Below, in pieces: positions 37,629 to 53,867 of a DNA stretch of 64,000 nt. The first letter of the stretch is position 1. Each line of letters begins with the position of its first letter. The notes under the pieces were generated by a model. It saw only the letters and a list, made by a program, of their open reading frames with translations. It was not told the origin of the DNA and searched no databases. This stretch comes from Cirrosporium novae-zelandiae (lineage: Eukaryota): the NCBI GenBank assembly GCA_026023565.1, contig JAPETS010000010.1, forward strand, positions 372,001 to 436,000, in the 5' to 3' direction. The position numbers were made by a program, and so were the translations under genes.

Positions 37629-40600
37629 TTTTTTTTACCAATACATTACGCGGTGGCTGTTTGCAATATTATTCTGGTTGGACTACATTTTCAATTATAA
37701 TGCATTGGGGTCTCTTTATACGGATTTTAAACCTGGATTTTGCAATTGAAAGCGACAAGAAAAATCTAAATAGCATTGGGTGGTATTCTTGGTTTAAAGG
37801 ATAGGATTTGGGATATATACAAAGAACAAAGAGCGTTTGTGTACTTTTCTATCAGTGACCCTAACGCGAAGGGCTACCGGCAAAGGATAGCGGGCCGGAG
37901 CTTGGATTGGCGGCAGGATAACAGGACTGAGGCACTAGAGTCCTCGCGGTATTATAGCATAGAGGGAGGAGCATGGAGGGATGTCGACCAACCAACTATG
38001 GCTGTCTACTTGTTTCTTTGGTTATTCTTGTCTAATGAATTTTGTCTAAGTCTACAAAAGTTTGACCTGGTGGAGGATCAGAGTCCTCAGTCTTCAGGTG
38101 TCTACAAATTGGTCTGGACCCTTCAATTCCAAACTCGGGTCTTCACGTCTGCAGAACTGCAAGGACCCCTGCCACCAGCCTCACATTTTTTTCCCATTGA
38201 CCTGTATCGGTATCGGAATTGTGACAAGCTGACAACCTTCCCTTGAACCCGGTTGTCGGGGAATGGTAGGGAAAGGGGCAAGGAGCTACACTTTTGAAAA
38301 GGAATGTTCACCAGAAATTAGATTAAGTTGCATAGGTATGATCAAAATTTGTGTCGGGAGCCGCTCCCGTGGCACAAGGTAGCGGGTATTTACATTACTG
38401 TCGAGTATCTACCTAGGTAGTCTCATGGTCTCGGTGACCGCTAAATTCCCCCAGGACCAAGATAAATGAACCTGACAGAGTACCACCTTCCTGGTCTAAT
38501 AGTAAGCATTATCCCATAGCTCAGCAAGTAGGTATAATGATTTAGCATATCAATGTATAAACATTCTAGACTACACTCATAGAACAGGCAATGCCGAAGC
38601 TGAAAGGCAGAGAGGGAAAACACAAGGCAGTGGATAATACACGATATCATGCGGAATTGTTAGGCCTGGTTATCGGAAAGATTATCATTATAATTTCCCA
38701 AATGGGTACACTACCCATGACTACAAACGTCTTAATGTGTTTCAGTATCAAGATTCAAGCCTGAATGAATCATTGGTGTTGGTTTTGCCTTAGAGACGGT
38801 GTAGAGTTGGGGGATGGAATTTTCTGAGGGAGGTGCTCGGTGCTCAAGGTTTTCAATGAACAATGAGAATTTGGGCTGGCGCTGACTGAGCGCAAAAACT
38901 GCAGAGGGATATATTTTTAAAATGGAGTGGAGGGGGGATTAAAATTTAAGAATTTGAGGGGAAACTACCGGAAACCAGCAGGGCAGACAGGGCAGGCAGG
39001 GTCATCATTACCTGGTCCCTCTCCAGATTCCCTGAGTTGATCTTGTCCATAATTACCTAGGTACAGTACCTAGGTAACCATGGAACATCTATAATTGTCC
39101 AAGTGTCGGTAGATAATCCTTGTCGTCAATCATTTGAGAATTTAGTGCTTATTTCATACCCCAGACGTTTTTACTGTACATGTACCATACACACAGTAAT
39201 TACTGTAACTTGTTGAAGCCAAGTAAGTTAAGTAAAAGGTAAAAGGCAACCTCCGACAACCTCCATCCACATCCACTTCCACATTTACATCCACATTCAC
39301 CTTCACATTCACACTCTCTTTATCCCTCAGTAACTAGGCCATGCAAATCAAACTGGCTAATCATCTAATTCCACTACTAGAGTGAGTTAATAGCCCAGGG
39401 TTCCTTCCCGCAAATTCAAAAGAAGATGGTGAACAGTCTTTGGAGGCTCCAGACGGCGTATCAATAGCCAGAGACTATTTTGGATTCTCCCAAGACCCCC
39501 GGGAAAGCATACAACTGGCAAAGTGCTGCCAGAAACGTGTTTTACTGGCTTGTGGAATCCTCCTTTCAGTTTTTCCAAGATGATCCCTACATGACACGTC
39601 GGAGACTCCCGCTTAGTTTACTTCGCCATCTAACTTTGAACCGTTTTTTATAGAGTTGTGACTATTTTGTCAATTTGTAGTTTCCGCTGCTTCGAGACTT
39701 AGAGCTACAGATTTGACCTGCCAACCATTCGGCCACTATATGTAGTGGCAGGAACCTACCACCATCACTAATCTTGAATTTCCCGCCTGTGATTGGATTC
39801 TCAACAAATGTACGTGTACATCCTAAAGTCACTCCAAAGTCATTCTGCTAAAGTTAGGGGTCATGGACTCGTGGTGACTACCAGGAATCCATGATCCAGA
39901 CTTTAACCTTGGGGTACCTTCATAGCTCGTGGCTTGAATCAGCCATTGACGACCCAGTGGCCCATGCCACAACAAGACATATTTCAATTGTTGGCATATG
40001 ATATTGGAAATGGGCTAGATATCAATTGGATGATGAAGAGAATGTGTTTACGAGCAAAAGAAGAAGAAAACAGATACTAGAGATGCATCTCCAAAAGTGA
40101 ATTTCAATTTTTCTTTAGGAAAACTTCAACGGAAGAATTTTCTCGAAGCTTTCTGCATCCTGTCAAGGCTCTGATCACTTCCCCTTCTCATCAAGCCCGC
40201 CATACGTAGCCACTCGTACCTTTTTGCCCTTCCGTGAGTGTGTCTTTTTCCAATCAACAATTCGGCTAATCTTTTATTCTTTGCGGACTACCAGGATGCT
40301 GGGACTTGCTTCAAATTCAAACCTTCAACTGGATAGTGTCATTACCTTCATAATTGCTCCTTTGGGCAATCCATCACCCCAAACCTCCAGGCTAAAGTAA
40401 TGAAAGGCTATAGGATTCTACTCGCTTTATCCAATTCCCCTGCCTTGTGCAAAATACTCGAGATAGACACTTGCTTGATGAGGCAGCCAGCCAGCCTCAC
40501 CAAGTGCTCGATATGCTGACGAGACATGCCTAACCCTTTGAAAGATTTGACAGGTCTCTTGGTTCCTGGAAAATCTCAATACAGGCCCAAGAAGCGGCTG

Positions 40601-43600
40601 TAATATTTCTACAAAGGGTTAGGTGTCTCCCTTGGATAAACATGACAGAATACCTCGGGACATATTTACTAATATTGAGGGGCTCATTATGTTGCATCTA
40701 CACCGAACCTAGATTATAGCGTCCTTGAAAGTACAGAAGAAAATCTAAGCCGTTACTTTGTTATGTGTTTTCTTGGATTTGCTAATTTGCGCTTGGAGGA
40801 AAATCAGATGTCAGCTCAAGGATCTACATAGGCCTACACCTTTTCTTCTTCAAAGAGGAGTGAGTGGGTATATTAGCATGGGCCACGCAATGATTACCGT
40901 GGACCTCCGCTGTAATCTATGTAAGCGTAGCCAGAACTATAGGGGCCGGTTTTACAAGTTGTACAAGTACAACACTCTTGAGTTCCTATTCCTTCGAGGT
41001 GGCTTGCATGGGAAGTGACGCACCCTGAAACTTACTCAATCTGCAATCCCGTGATTCTACTTTGGAGGTCTAAGTGTGATTTACCTAGGTACATTCATCC
41101 TTCAGTGTCTCCCAATAGATTATGTCACTTAACTCGCTTTATATTTCCATATGTAATTTTTCATAACAGAATTGCTCCATGAGCCGAGTTCAACACGCAC
41201 CTCGCACTCTGGTAACAGATATCAACTGTTGGTCCTTTTCTTTCTGGTGGAAATGAGTGACTATATTTTCATGATTCGTGTAAGATAACGTATATTTTGG
41301 AAATTGGCACCATTGGTCCAAGGACCACCTTGCTATGGCGCATGAGAAGTCAAGGCAAATGAAGCCAATGGACCTGGACAGCTGTAGCGCAGCTCTCCCT
41401 ATCACCCGGAAGTATGTCTATACATCCGTTGAACTTAACAGCCACAATAGATTCATCTGATTTGACAAAGGCTACAAAAATAAGAGCCCGCAAACTCGAT
41501 AATGTTGCCACAGAGGAAGTACCAATTCTAATATCCTCCACACCGTCTTTCCGACATCCCGATTTCTCTCTCCATTGGACAATCAGCATTCTGATCTACT
41601 AACGGTTAATTCCGTCCCGGGACCTGGTGCTACTCGTTGTTTATGCGGAGCTAGAGTTTTGGAAGTATATACGTCTTCTGAGACTTGATGTTAGCATTAA
41701 GAAGCCGCCCCAGTCATGAGCGTTATCCACAGCAGGACAGCGGACAACAGTGGGTCTGGATTTCCATTTAGTGGTTGAGAAGTTTTCTCAAAGTCAGTTC
41801 AAACTTGAATCAAGGAATCATAGACCAAGCCAGGTGACAAATTTTCAAGAGGCCAGAGTGTGCCCAAGCAATCGTTAGGGAGTGCCCTCTAGCATCGGTT
41901 CCCCTTAATTAGAATTTCCGATCGATTTGGTTTGGTTTGAGTGCTTGCTTGCTTGATTTTGCCCCTCCCCTCTCCTCCCCCTGGATTCCGTGGAGAAGAT
42001 GATCTTCAATGCACCCTGGGTCGGATCGATCGTCTCGGGCATGGCGTTTTTCTGATTTTTGATATTTTAAAAGCATGATCTTCCAGTCTTAATTAGGTCG
42101 GAAAAAGCACGTACCTACCTGTAAGGAGTAGTATATGCAATCCACAGTGACCTCAACGCTCACGCAGATGACAACGCGTGTCACGGTGACACCATGTGTT
42201 GACCATTGTACAAAGGCACACACACATTTCTTATCTTCCGTCCTTTGCAACTTTCTGGCCACACTTATCTCGAAAAGCCAAAGCCAGGTGTCCAACTTGT
42301 TTCCTGGTTTCAAAAAATTTCTCCCTACACCATGACTGAAAGTAAGATAGAGACAAGAAGAAGCACATACTTCTGGCAATTAACCAACAAAAAAAACCAG
42401 ATCTTTATCTTGGTCCTTTTGGTTAAGCGCCTGAACTGACTGGTTCCGATCATTAGTTATACGATATATCTCTCTCAGGCTTGAGGTCCGTATACCGAAC
42501 TAGTATCGTGACTACCTAGTCACAACCAACCAACCAAAACCAGCTCTTGGCTCTCTCTCTAAGAAAACTTATCTATTCAATTCAATTCAACTAGAGCAAA
42601 AAAAAAATACCAAGATATCTAATGACTATTGTTCACACAAATTCCAGTTTTCAATCTCATCATCATCACCAACAACTAACTCTCTCTCTCTTTTCACCAC
42701 CCGCCAAGCTTAAAACTTGGGGGTATTTATCATTTTAAACAAATGCCAATGCTAATGCAAATATCTCTTCACACTTGTTTGTTTTTACCCATAAGCAAAA
42801 AAAAGGGGGGGGAGGAAACAATTTTTATTACTAGTTAGTTAATGATGATGATGATGGTATTCATTCCCATTCCCTCATCTCGAAACCAACCCCCCCCCCC
42901 CCCGATCATAGAGAAAGATAAAAAAGCTTACTTACGTTTTAAAATGCGCTGACTGCTGCTGCATGACTTTGCAAAAATGAAGTGTTACACTCACTTGTTT
43001 GACTTATTCGTATTATTTAAATCTGTTTTGTTTTGGAGAAACAAAGAAGAAGACATAGATAGGACACAAACATAAACGAAATATCTCGAATCTTCGAAAC
43101 CAGAGCTAAAACTAAGCACTAGCAATCTTCACTTGAGAGATATATATATACCAACCTGCCTACCTACCTCAGAAAAAACCTCTTCTGAAAAAAGTTTTTT
43201 TATATATAGTAATATATATATCTTTGAAAGCAACATGAATATTGAAGTTCCTTGTTCCCGATTTTTCATGCCCTTATTCTTTCTTTCTACAAGCTTGCGT
43301 TATGTGTATGTTGTCGTTGTTGCAGGACCGTGTGAATGTATCGCTTCCGGGATCGCTCCAGGAAAATAAATAAATAATAGGTCGAAGGTCGCCGCGGCGG
43401 TTCTAACAAACAAAACACGCCTAATCAATCAATAAAATCGATAAAGGAAGGAGGTTTTTCCAACATAAAGGTCCTCTCAAGCATCATCAATTTAAAAAAC
43501 AAAGTTATATCACACACACCCACACCCACGAAAACTTGGATTTTTGTGTTTATATCCACCTTTCCTTTCCTTTTAAGTAATTTAATTAATTAATTAATTA

Positions 43601-44706
43601 GCCTTTGTTGTTTAAGTAGGTCTTGCTGATTGATATTGTATGTGTACATGTACATGTATAAAACATGAGGTCCGGGGGGATGGAAGAATTCAACTTCGAG
43701 ATCTTATCTATCTAGGTGCTGGGTTGGAAATAATGTGAAGATGTCTTGTTGAGGTTATATAATTTGAGGAGACTGTGAAGGTGAAGGTGCCAATGGGAAA
43801 GTGTAATTTATAGGTACCCTTCATACAGTACGGCAGCTTCAATTACAATCACCCTTACAATGTTTCAACCTGATTCGGTTTTCGGATCCTCCCCTTTCTT
43901 TCTTCTTGGTGGAACGTATAGATGCAAATTATAATTAGCTCTATATAATAATCTTCCATGTCTTTCATCCATCCATGCAAATTCATGAAGCGGAGACCTA
44001 TGAGTGATTACAGTTTTTCCAGTTTAAATGATCTCAATCAGTCAAGTAAATGCATCCAATCCTTCCTTTCTATACTTGAAATTTCCTGAGCCATTGCGAA
44101 AGAAATGTATTCCTCCACAGGTATGATCGTTCGGCCGCCTTCCATTTGTTTGTTGGTGTGGAACGCCCGCTTGCGACTGTCTGTGTGTTCCCTCGGGCGA
44201 TCCCTTCTCCTTTAAACGTGACTCGTATTGCCCGTCGCATTTTGATCTCCCTTCTTAGTCGAATTAAGATATCCATTTGTTAGTGCAGAGGGGTTGTTTT
44301 TTCGTACCAGTCGGGATTAGGTAGGTATCAAACTGCTGGCCAGCTCAACGAAGTATTGGGATCCTCCAGGTTATAATAGCAGAGCTTGGTGTGCTGACAT
44401 TGTTATCGGTTTGCTATTCGATTATCCTAGGAGGCTCTTTCCTTGACCTGGTTTGGGCGGTATGACATGTGGGACCAGATATCGTTGTTAACGCATCTTC
44501 GCTATGACATCATAGTGGTTCAACAGTTTAAAAGTCGTAAGTTGGGCAAGCACGGTTTTAGTGCAGCTGAGCTATCACATGTAGGTACGATTTAAGCATA
44601 CGGCTGGTGAAAGCCGCTATGGGAACCGACATTAGTGTTGAAACCAATGCAGGTATTCATGTTAAGTCTCAGGTACGAGAGCATGCTTGTTATTTTCTTT
44701 CTTTTC

Positions 44707-45866
44707 TTATCGTCTCTTTGACCGTGTCCATAACTCGACAAAGCCAAGCTTCTCCTTGACACCAAGCCCGACTCTCTTCACGCGGCCAAGTCGAGCTAGT
44801 GCTTCTGCAACCTTATCAAGGGTCTTGCGCTCATCCGATGTCAGGCCTTCGTCATCTTCTGTAGCAAGCGTGCTCTCGCTGGCTGTGTCATCCTGAAGGA
44901 TATCGGTGGAAGTGGTTGCCGAAGGGGGCTTGTAAGACATGGACCTGGTGGAATTGTAGACCGGTTCGGCGATACGAACGCGAATGCAATGGGTCGACTT
45001 GCTTAGCAGGTTCCACAAAAAAGTGAAATAGGTCCTAGGAACAGGTGTGGTTATATCCGGCGACGTGTATCGGATACTAACAGGAAAGATTTTACATGTT
45101 GGAGAAGCAGAGAGGAGGGAGGGACTGAATGCCAGTATGCCACGCCCATTGGTGGTGGTACATTCAGGAAAAACGGCAATTGCACGAGTCGGGTTTTCAC
45201 GGGTTAGGGTGGAAAGATCGACGAGTGTGGCTTTTGGTGGAGGCTCAAGTTTCGGATAAGAAAGAGGGCGAATAATGGATTTCCAGGTTGATATGCGCTG
45301 GACTTTTCGAGTGTTGGGATATGAGACGGTGAAAATAGGATCAAAGACAGTTGCAAGATATAGCGAATCAATTGGAGAGGTGTAGGAGCAGGCAATAATG
45401 GAAGAGGGTTGAGGTAAGCGTGTTTGGTGATACTTGGCAAGGGACCTGTGGGTGTGGAGTGAATGAAGGTTAGCCCATGAGGAAACAACTCCGTTGAAAA
45501 AAGAGAAACGAGAAACGTTTTTGGGAACAAACCCTCGCCTTACGCCATCGATCTGCAGGTCAATCCACCATATTCCTGGGGTACCCTGAATCAACCATAA
45601 CATGGCTTTTCTCCCCAACGACCCTATTGGGAGCCATTGTAACACAAAGAAATAGCTTAGAGCCAAGGTGATGAGAATTGGAAGGCGGATGAGGAATAAT
45701 GAAATATGGAATGGTAGCATCAGGCCAGACCGTTGGGTGGGTACAGGAAAGAACGGAGCGATTCCAGATCCTGGTTGATATTAGCATACCGATAGAATGG
45801 GGAGTGGGAAGGAGTGGGCTTGAAGGTAGAAGTACCTTTATCCCGGTATTGGGAGTATTTCTCCAT
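44707..45866 (-). CDS. LOA1: Lysophosphatidic acid:oleoyl-CoA acyltransferase Loa1/Vps66-like
   Basis: MEKYSQYRDKG|SGIAPFFP N-terminus, TSPIDSLYL and AVFPECTTTNGRGIL acyltransferase motifs. Introns 45835-45771 and 45532-45446. Confidence 0.85.
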
Positions 45867-46702
45867 GGTACCAGAGAAATAAGAGTAGATATAGATATTA
45901 AATAAGGGGATTAACTACGCGATAGATGAAGGGGATAGAATAGATCCAGGTAAATAGAAGAATGCGACGAGGGATAGTTAACTTGCGCTGGTCGTTCATG
46001 AAATAGAGGTTCACAACTTTTTTATTGTAGAATAAATGTTGAGAAAAATAGCCAAGTATTTTTTTTTGTAGAGTGATCCAGGTGGTCCAGGTGACTGACT
46101 GAGTTAGTTTTTGTCGGCTGTTCATATAAAAAAAGTGGTAAGTATTGGATTTGCATGCCACAGGTACCATGTAGTTGAAGTACTACCTATGCTATGTATC
46201 TTTTTTTCACATGAAAATTTCTCCCTTAGCATCTGACTTTGGCTTGACTTGACGTGGAATCTCTTGACCCTGCGTGCCCTGAAGTGCCTGACATTCTGAC
46301 TGATACTAAACTAATCACGCACGTGTCACGCTACTTAGTCGGCATTATTTTCCCCGAGAATCATCGAGTCTGTACCTTATTGCCTGATCAATGAGGCAAC
46401 AATGAAAATGTTTACCTCTGTCCTTTTTAGGTTTAGCTCTGTTGTCACTATTTCCTCCGAGCTAAAGGTGGAAACCCCCAATTTGATCAATTCTATCAGG
46501 CTTGTTGTAAAGTCGTCGTCGCCAGAAAATAATAGTAAATACGAAGCATTGATCATTGTACCGTACCATCCCTTTTCAGAACCTACACAGCCATTTCATT
46601 AATAGCTCCTCCTTCCTAGGGAGCTGTTATCCTTCCGATCGACGAATGCTTTCATACTACTCGTTGCGATAGCCATAAACAGAAGTACCTTTCGCAAACA
46701 CC

Positions 46703-49700
46703 ATGGAAACCGGGGAAAACTTGGTATGGATATGGATCTGGATAGAGATCTGAGCTTGAATTTGTATACTAATAGCCAGCGCAGAACATATCTCACCTTC
46801 GGCCCCCCAGCAAGATTCCTTCGAGTCAAGTCCTGTTCGAAGCCTCTGCCTCTAGAGAGAATGCTCGGTCTGGGCTTGCTATGGCTCCTCCGAGTATTAT
46901 TCCCATGAAGCATAAAAATCTATCGCGTAAGTTAGCTACGTTGAAACTCTTCAATGCCCCAACTTATAAGATAATAGGCCCAGAGTCACCTCCCCCCAAG
47001 CGCCAAACCTTGATCGCAAGGGGTGGCATTACTACTCGATCAAACGATTCTCAATCTAATATTTCAAAACCCACCAGTCTGAAGACACTAAATGGCCCGC
47101 TCAAAGGGCAATCTCTAATAACAGCTCGAAATACATCATACGCCTCCTCGTCAAGTGTATCGTCTCGAAATCCTACGGTCACCTCGCGCAATACATCTGG
47201 GTCCTCGTTTACTACGACCGGAGGTCCAAGCCATCGATATGGCCTACATCGCTCCCAAACGTCGATGGGCCATAATAAAACGCCCGCGCAATCTTCAAAT
47301 CACAGATCTGCATCATCTATGGAGAATCATAACAGTGATGGTCGCAAAACGAAACGAAATGGTATGCCTCCAATTTCGATATCTACAAATCGTCGTTCCC
47401 CTAGCCGTGGATTAAATCAATTGAACCCGAGGAAGCTGAGAGGAAGCTATGACAACCAGATGAACTACGTTTCACACTGGTCGAGCTCCATTGCATCTCA
47501 ATCTCTTCAATCATCACGAGAAACATCCCTGTCTAAAGCAATGGACCATCTCTGCATAACCCCCCAAAATGATGAACCCCAAACTCCCCAATCTATGATC
47601 CCCGTACTTTCCCCTAAGAGAACCCACCCCCTACAGAACGCATTCGATACACCCTTAAAGTCCCCCCAACGTTACCCCACTCCAATCAGACCTTTTCTAA
47701 CTCGTGATTCAAACCTTCAAGCATGGGATCTCAATGGTCGATTAGACGACGTCGAAAGCGGATACGGCACGATGGCGAAGATGATAAAAGATAGCATAGC
47801 GGAAGCTTCAAACTTGAAGGAAATAATTGCGATGCATAAATCACGAAGTATGTCTATCCCCACAATGCGTTCTGAGATTCGATATCTTCTATCTGTTCTA
47901 TCTCCTGGGAACCCAATGAAGACTTGAAGTTGATATCTCTTTTTGTTTCTATAGTAAATGAACTTGAACAAATAAAAAAGGAGCTTACCGAAACGAATAC
48001 AACTCTAAGAGTTGAACTTGATTCCACCAAAACACGACTACTCACAGCAGATACTACTTTGGATAGCCTAAAGCGGACATCTACCATAGAGCTAGACGAC
48101 ACCAAGCGAGAACACAAATTCGAAGTCGACCGACTCTTACAAGCGCACAAAAGCGAGTTACATGAGTTGCAACGAAAATACGAGAATGAGCTGGACAAGG
48201 CTAGACAAGCGAACCGAGAGGAGTTGGATCGGTTATCAGAGAGTCACAGGAATGAATTAAACAAGATAGCCTCTGCTAGTGCCTTGGAAAAACAACGAAC
48301 GGAGCTTGAGGTTGAAAGTAAAAGTAGACAATCTCAAACTATTCAGAGCGAACTAAACAAGGTGAACAGTGATCTTGAAATGGAAAGAAATCTTAACAGA
48401 GACCTTCGGCAAAAACTCTCTGAATCCGCAGCAAGTAACCTTACGCTTGAGGGTTCGCTACGGGCTATGAGAGCGAAGATCGAGTTCCTTGAGTCTGATA
48501 GCCAGTCTCAATCCAAGGCGTTTGTAACTTTGGATCAACAGCTCCAAGATGCACTTGCAGCAGCCGAAGAAGCAAAGGAGAAGCTGAGAGCGGAAGAGAC
48601 ATTAAGACGAAAGCTTCACAACCAAGTTCAAGAGCTCAAGGGAAATATCCGTGTTTTCTGTCGTGTTCGGCCTCCTCTGGCGATAGATGGCGAAGCTGCT
48701 AAAATCAAATTTCCGGATACGGAGCAAGATTCGAAAGAAATTGAAATCATGGGCCCAGAAGAAAGGAGTAGTTTGGGGACCATTACAAAAAAGACAAATG
48801 CATTCTCTTTCGACCGAGTCTTTGGACCACAGTCTCAAAATGAGAATATCTTCGACGAGATTAGTCAACTTGTGCAGAGTGCTCTGGATGGATACAATGT
48901 TTGTATATTTTGTTACGGGCAGACTGGTTCTGGAAAGACATTCACCATGTCCTCCCGGGACGGCATGATTCCACGAGCAACCCGTCAAATTTACGACACT
49001 GCAAAATCACTAGAGGAGAAAGGATGGAAATATTCTATGGAGGGCTCTTTCGTCGAGGTGTATAATGAGAATCTCAATGACCTGCTTGGGAAAGCAGAGG
49101 AATTCGACAGGAAAAAGCATGAGATCCGTCACGATATGCAGAAAAAGATGACAACTATCACTGATATCACAACAGTTGATCTTGATTCCCCCGAAAAGGT
49201 TGAGACTATCCTCCAGCGAGCCAGTTCAAATCGTTCAGTAGCTGCCACCAAAGCCAATGAACGGTCATCGAGATCCCATTCAGTTTTCATATTGAAGCTG
49301 ATTGGGGAAAATCGCATGACTGGAGAGAAGAGCGAGGGCACATTGAACCTGGTGGATCTTGCTGGAAGTGAACGGCTTAGTCAGAGTCAAGCCACAGGGG
49401 AGAGATTGAAGGAAACACAGAATATCAACCGAAGTCTGAGCTGCTTGGGAGATGTTATCGGTGCTCTCGGTCAAGGCAAGGAGGGTGGTCATGTGCCTTA
49501 TCGGAACAGCAAGGTATGTCTTAGAGCTTTCGGGAGTCGGAGGTAGAACGGGAATAGAATATAAAAATTGAGACTAACTATTTATAGTTGACCTACCTTT
49601 TGCAATTTTCGCTCGGCGGAAATTCCAAGACCCTGATGTTCGTCATGGTTAGTCCGCTCCAGGCCCATTTGAGCGAGACCCTGACAAGTCTCAAGTTTGC

Positions 49701-49825
49701 GACTAAGGTCAGTATTCTTATTACAATCTCTTGCTATGTTGAAAAGGAAATTAAAACTAATTGAACTATAGGTTCACAACACCCACATTGGGACAGCTAG
49801 AAAGCAGACCAAGACCAAAGGATAG
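46703..49825 (+). CDS. KAR3: Kinesin-14 minus-end motor (Kar3/KlpA)
   Basis: Basic S/P-rich tail, long coiled coil, C-terminal motor with [49 protein letters not shown]. Multiple introns. N-terminal exon structure less certain. Confidence 0.93.
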
Positions 49826-50894
49826 AAATGGAAAAGTTTCAGGAGATGGATATAGGGAGGAATTGTTTTTGGCGTTTGGAACGGCCAAAGGATAGCGTCT
49901 GCTTATTGCAATGATCGATCTAGGGAAAATACGATCATGGGGCGTATAGGAGTTGAACTTGGCCAACTTCAGGATGGAGTTAAAATGTAGTTTTTCAGGT
50001 AGAAGGATTTTGATACATGAACGACAAGCCAGGGAGACTCAAGGAAGGCTATAGGGTGGTTTGGCATAACTCCTTGCATGGCCAGCAGCTGAGCTGTGAT
50101 GATTCTTGGTGTATATATTACTCAGTACTCTTTGGTGATGTTTTGATTATCTGTTAACATAAATCATGCTCAATCAGCTAGAAGGAAATTGATGGGTCGG
50201 GGAAATGAAGAATATTGGGAAACTAATCTTGTTAGGGCCATGTTTATTGTATTTAAGAAGCCTAGGGCTGCATAAGGCAACTGGCAACTGAGGGGGACTT
50301 TGGCGAAACAGGTGGGGAAGTGGGAAGTTAGAAACTATCTAGAGTTTTATAACTTTGGTACATACAGTATAAATTACAATGTTATTTTTTCTCGTTTTAT
50401 TCTTTTCATTCTTTCACTTGAGTTGGTGAGAATGACCCAAAAAAATGGTTAATGGTATAATTGAGATTGTGAAGAAACCTGATGGAAGGCTTGTGAAGAA
50501 GAAGGTTGTTCCTGTTCGTTAGGTACCTAGGTACTGTACTTACTGTAACTAACCCTCTTCCTTGGTACCTCGTCTGGTTCCCAACCTTGAAAAAAAAAGG
50601 CCAAGGAACTATACTACGCAAGCATTGACAAATTGACAGCCTAGATAGGCCGGACAATCCAGACTGCCAACTACTGCCTACGACTACCTACAGGTACTAA
50701 GTTACTTTAGGAAAATCATTCCAATTATTCCTTCCTCCCCCCCTCGGTCCCCTCCAAGTGCAATCCACGTCCTCTCCCGTCTTCTTAACTTCTTAACCTC
50801 TTAACCTTGATGGCATCAACCTGTCAAAACAGCTTCCACATACCTTGTCACTCCCCAAAAAACTAAGAAAACATTCAACACCCCCTCATCGAGC

Positions 50895-53097
<2,203 letters not shown>

Positions 53098-53867
53098 GAA
53101 TGATCCTCGTGGTATTTGAGTACCCGTGAGATCTCCCTTTTCATCGCCATTTTTTTCGTCCGCCATTCTTGCGACTAACGGCCGTCCTCTTGCGTCATTT
53201 CACTCATATCCTATTGTAACAATTTCTTTTCTTGAATCGTTGTTATTATACCCCCACCGGTCGCTTTTTCTCCGTCATTGACTTCGGACTGGATTGGATG
53301 GAAACACTTTGATGATACCTTCGAAAAGAAGAGGAGGGAAAAAAAGTATGGGCTTTGGATTTGGATCTTTTTTTTTATGAGATAGATGATGGATGAAAAT
53401 TGCACGGCTTGGATGATTTTTTTAGAAGGCATTGGTTTCGTTTATATACATATCTATATGCATATGTTACGCTCATAGTATATTGTAATTCGAGAATAGT
53501 GGTTAGAAAAATATAATATTGTATAAAAGTAGTATTTTCTATGTTTTCTGGACAAAATCTGGGTATGACTTTATAAGGAAGATACGGGGCCGGATAAGAA
53601 TTTTGGGGACCGTCTCATTTCCCATACCACATAAATCAGCACCATAGATGTGTGAATTAAGTCTATTTAAGGTCTATCATTCTATCGTTGTGTAATTGCT
53701 TTGGTGAAGGATATATATAAATATATATATACTTATTTTTCTCAAGTCAATATTACAGCAGTCTAACCCCAAGCTATATATATGCCTACCTAATTGAGCT
53801 TGAGCCTTTCCTCTCAATTGGCCACCACTGACTTGGTCACACATCTCTTCCAATTGAAATCGCATTC

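Noticed and set aside
37776..38246. 156-aa ORF downstream of the homeobox gene
   Set aside because: Non-ATG start, no recognisable domain, and lies in the probable 3'UTR/flank.
44070..44276. 68-aa basic minus-strand ORF
   Set aside because: No recognisable motif or splice support. Cannot be distinguished from chance.
46928..46978. Stop-free in-frame introns (also 6229-6282 and 45446-45532) suggesting regulated retention
   Set aside because: Short 3n stop-free introns are common by chance. There is no evidence of retention without RNA data.
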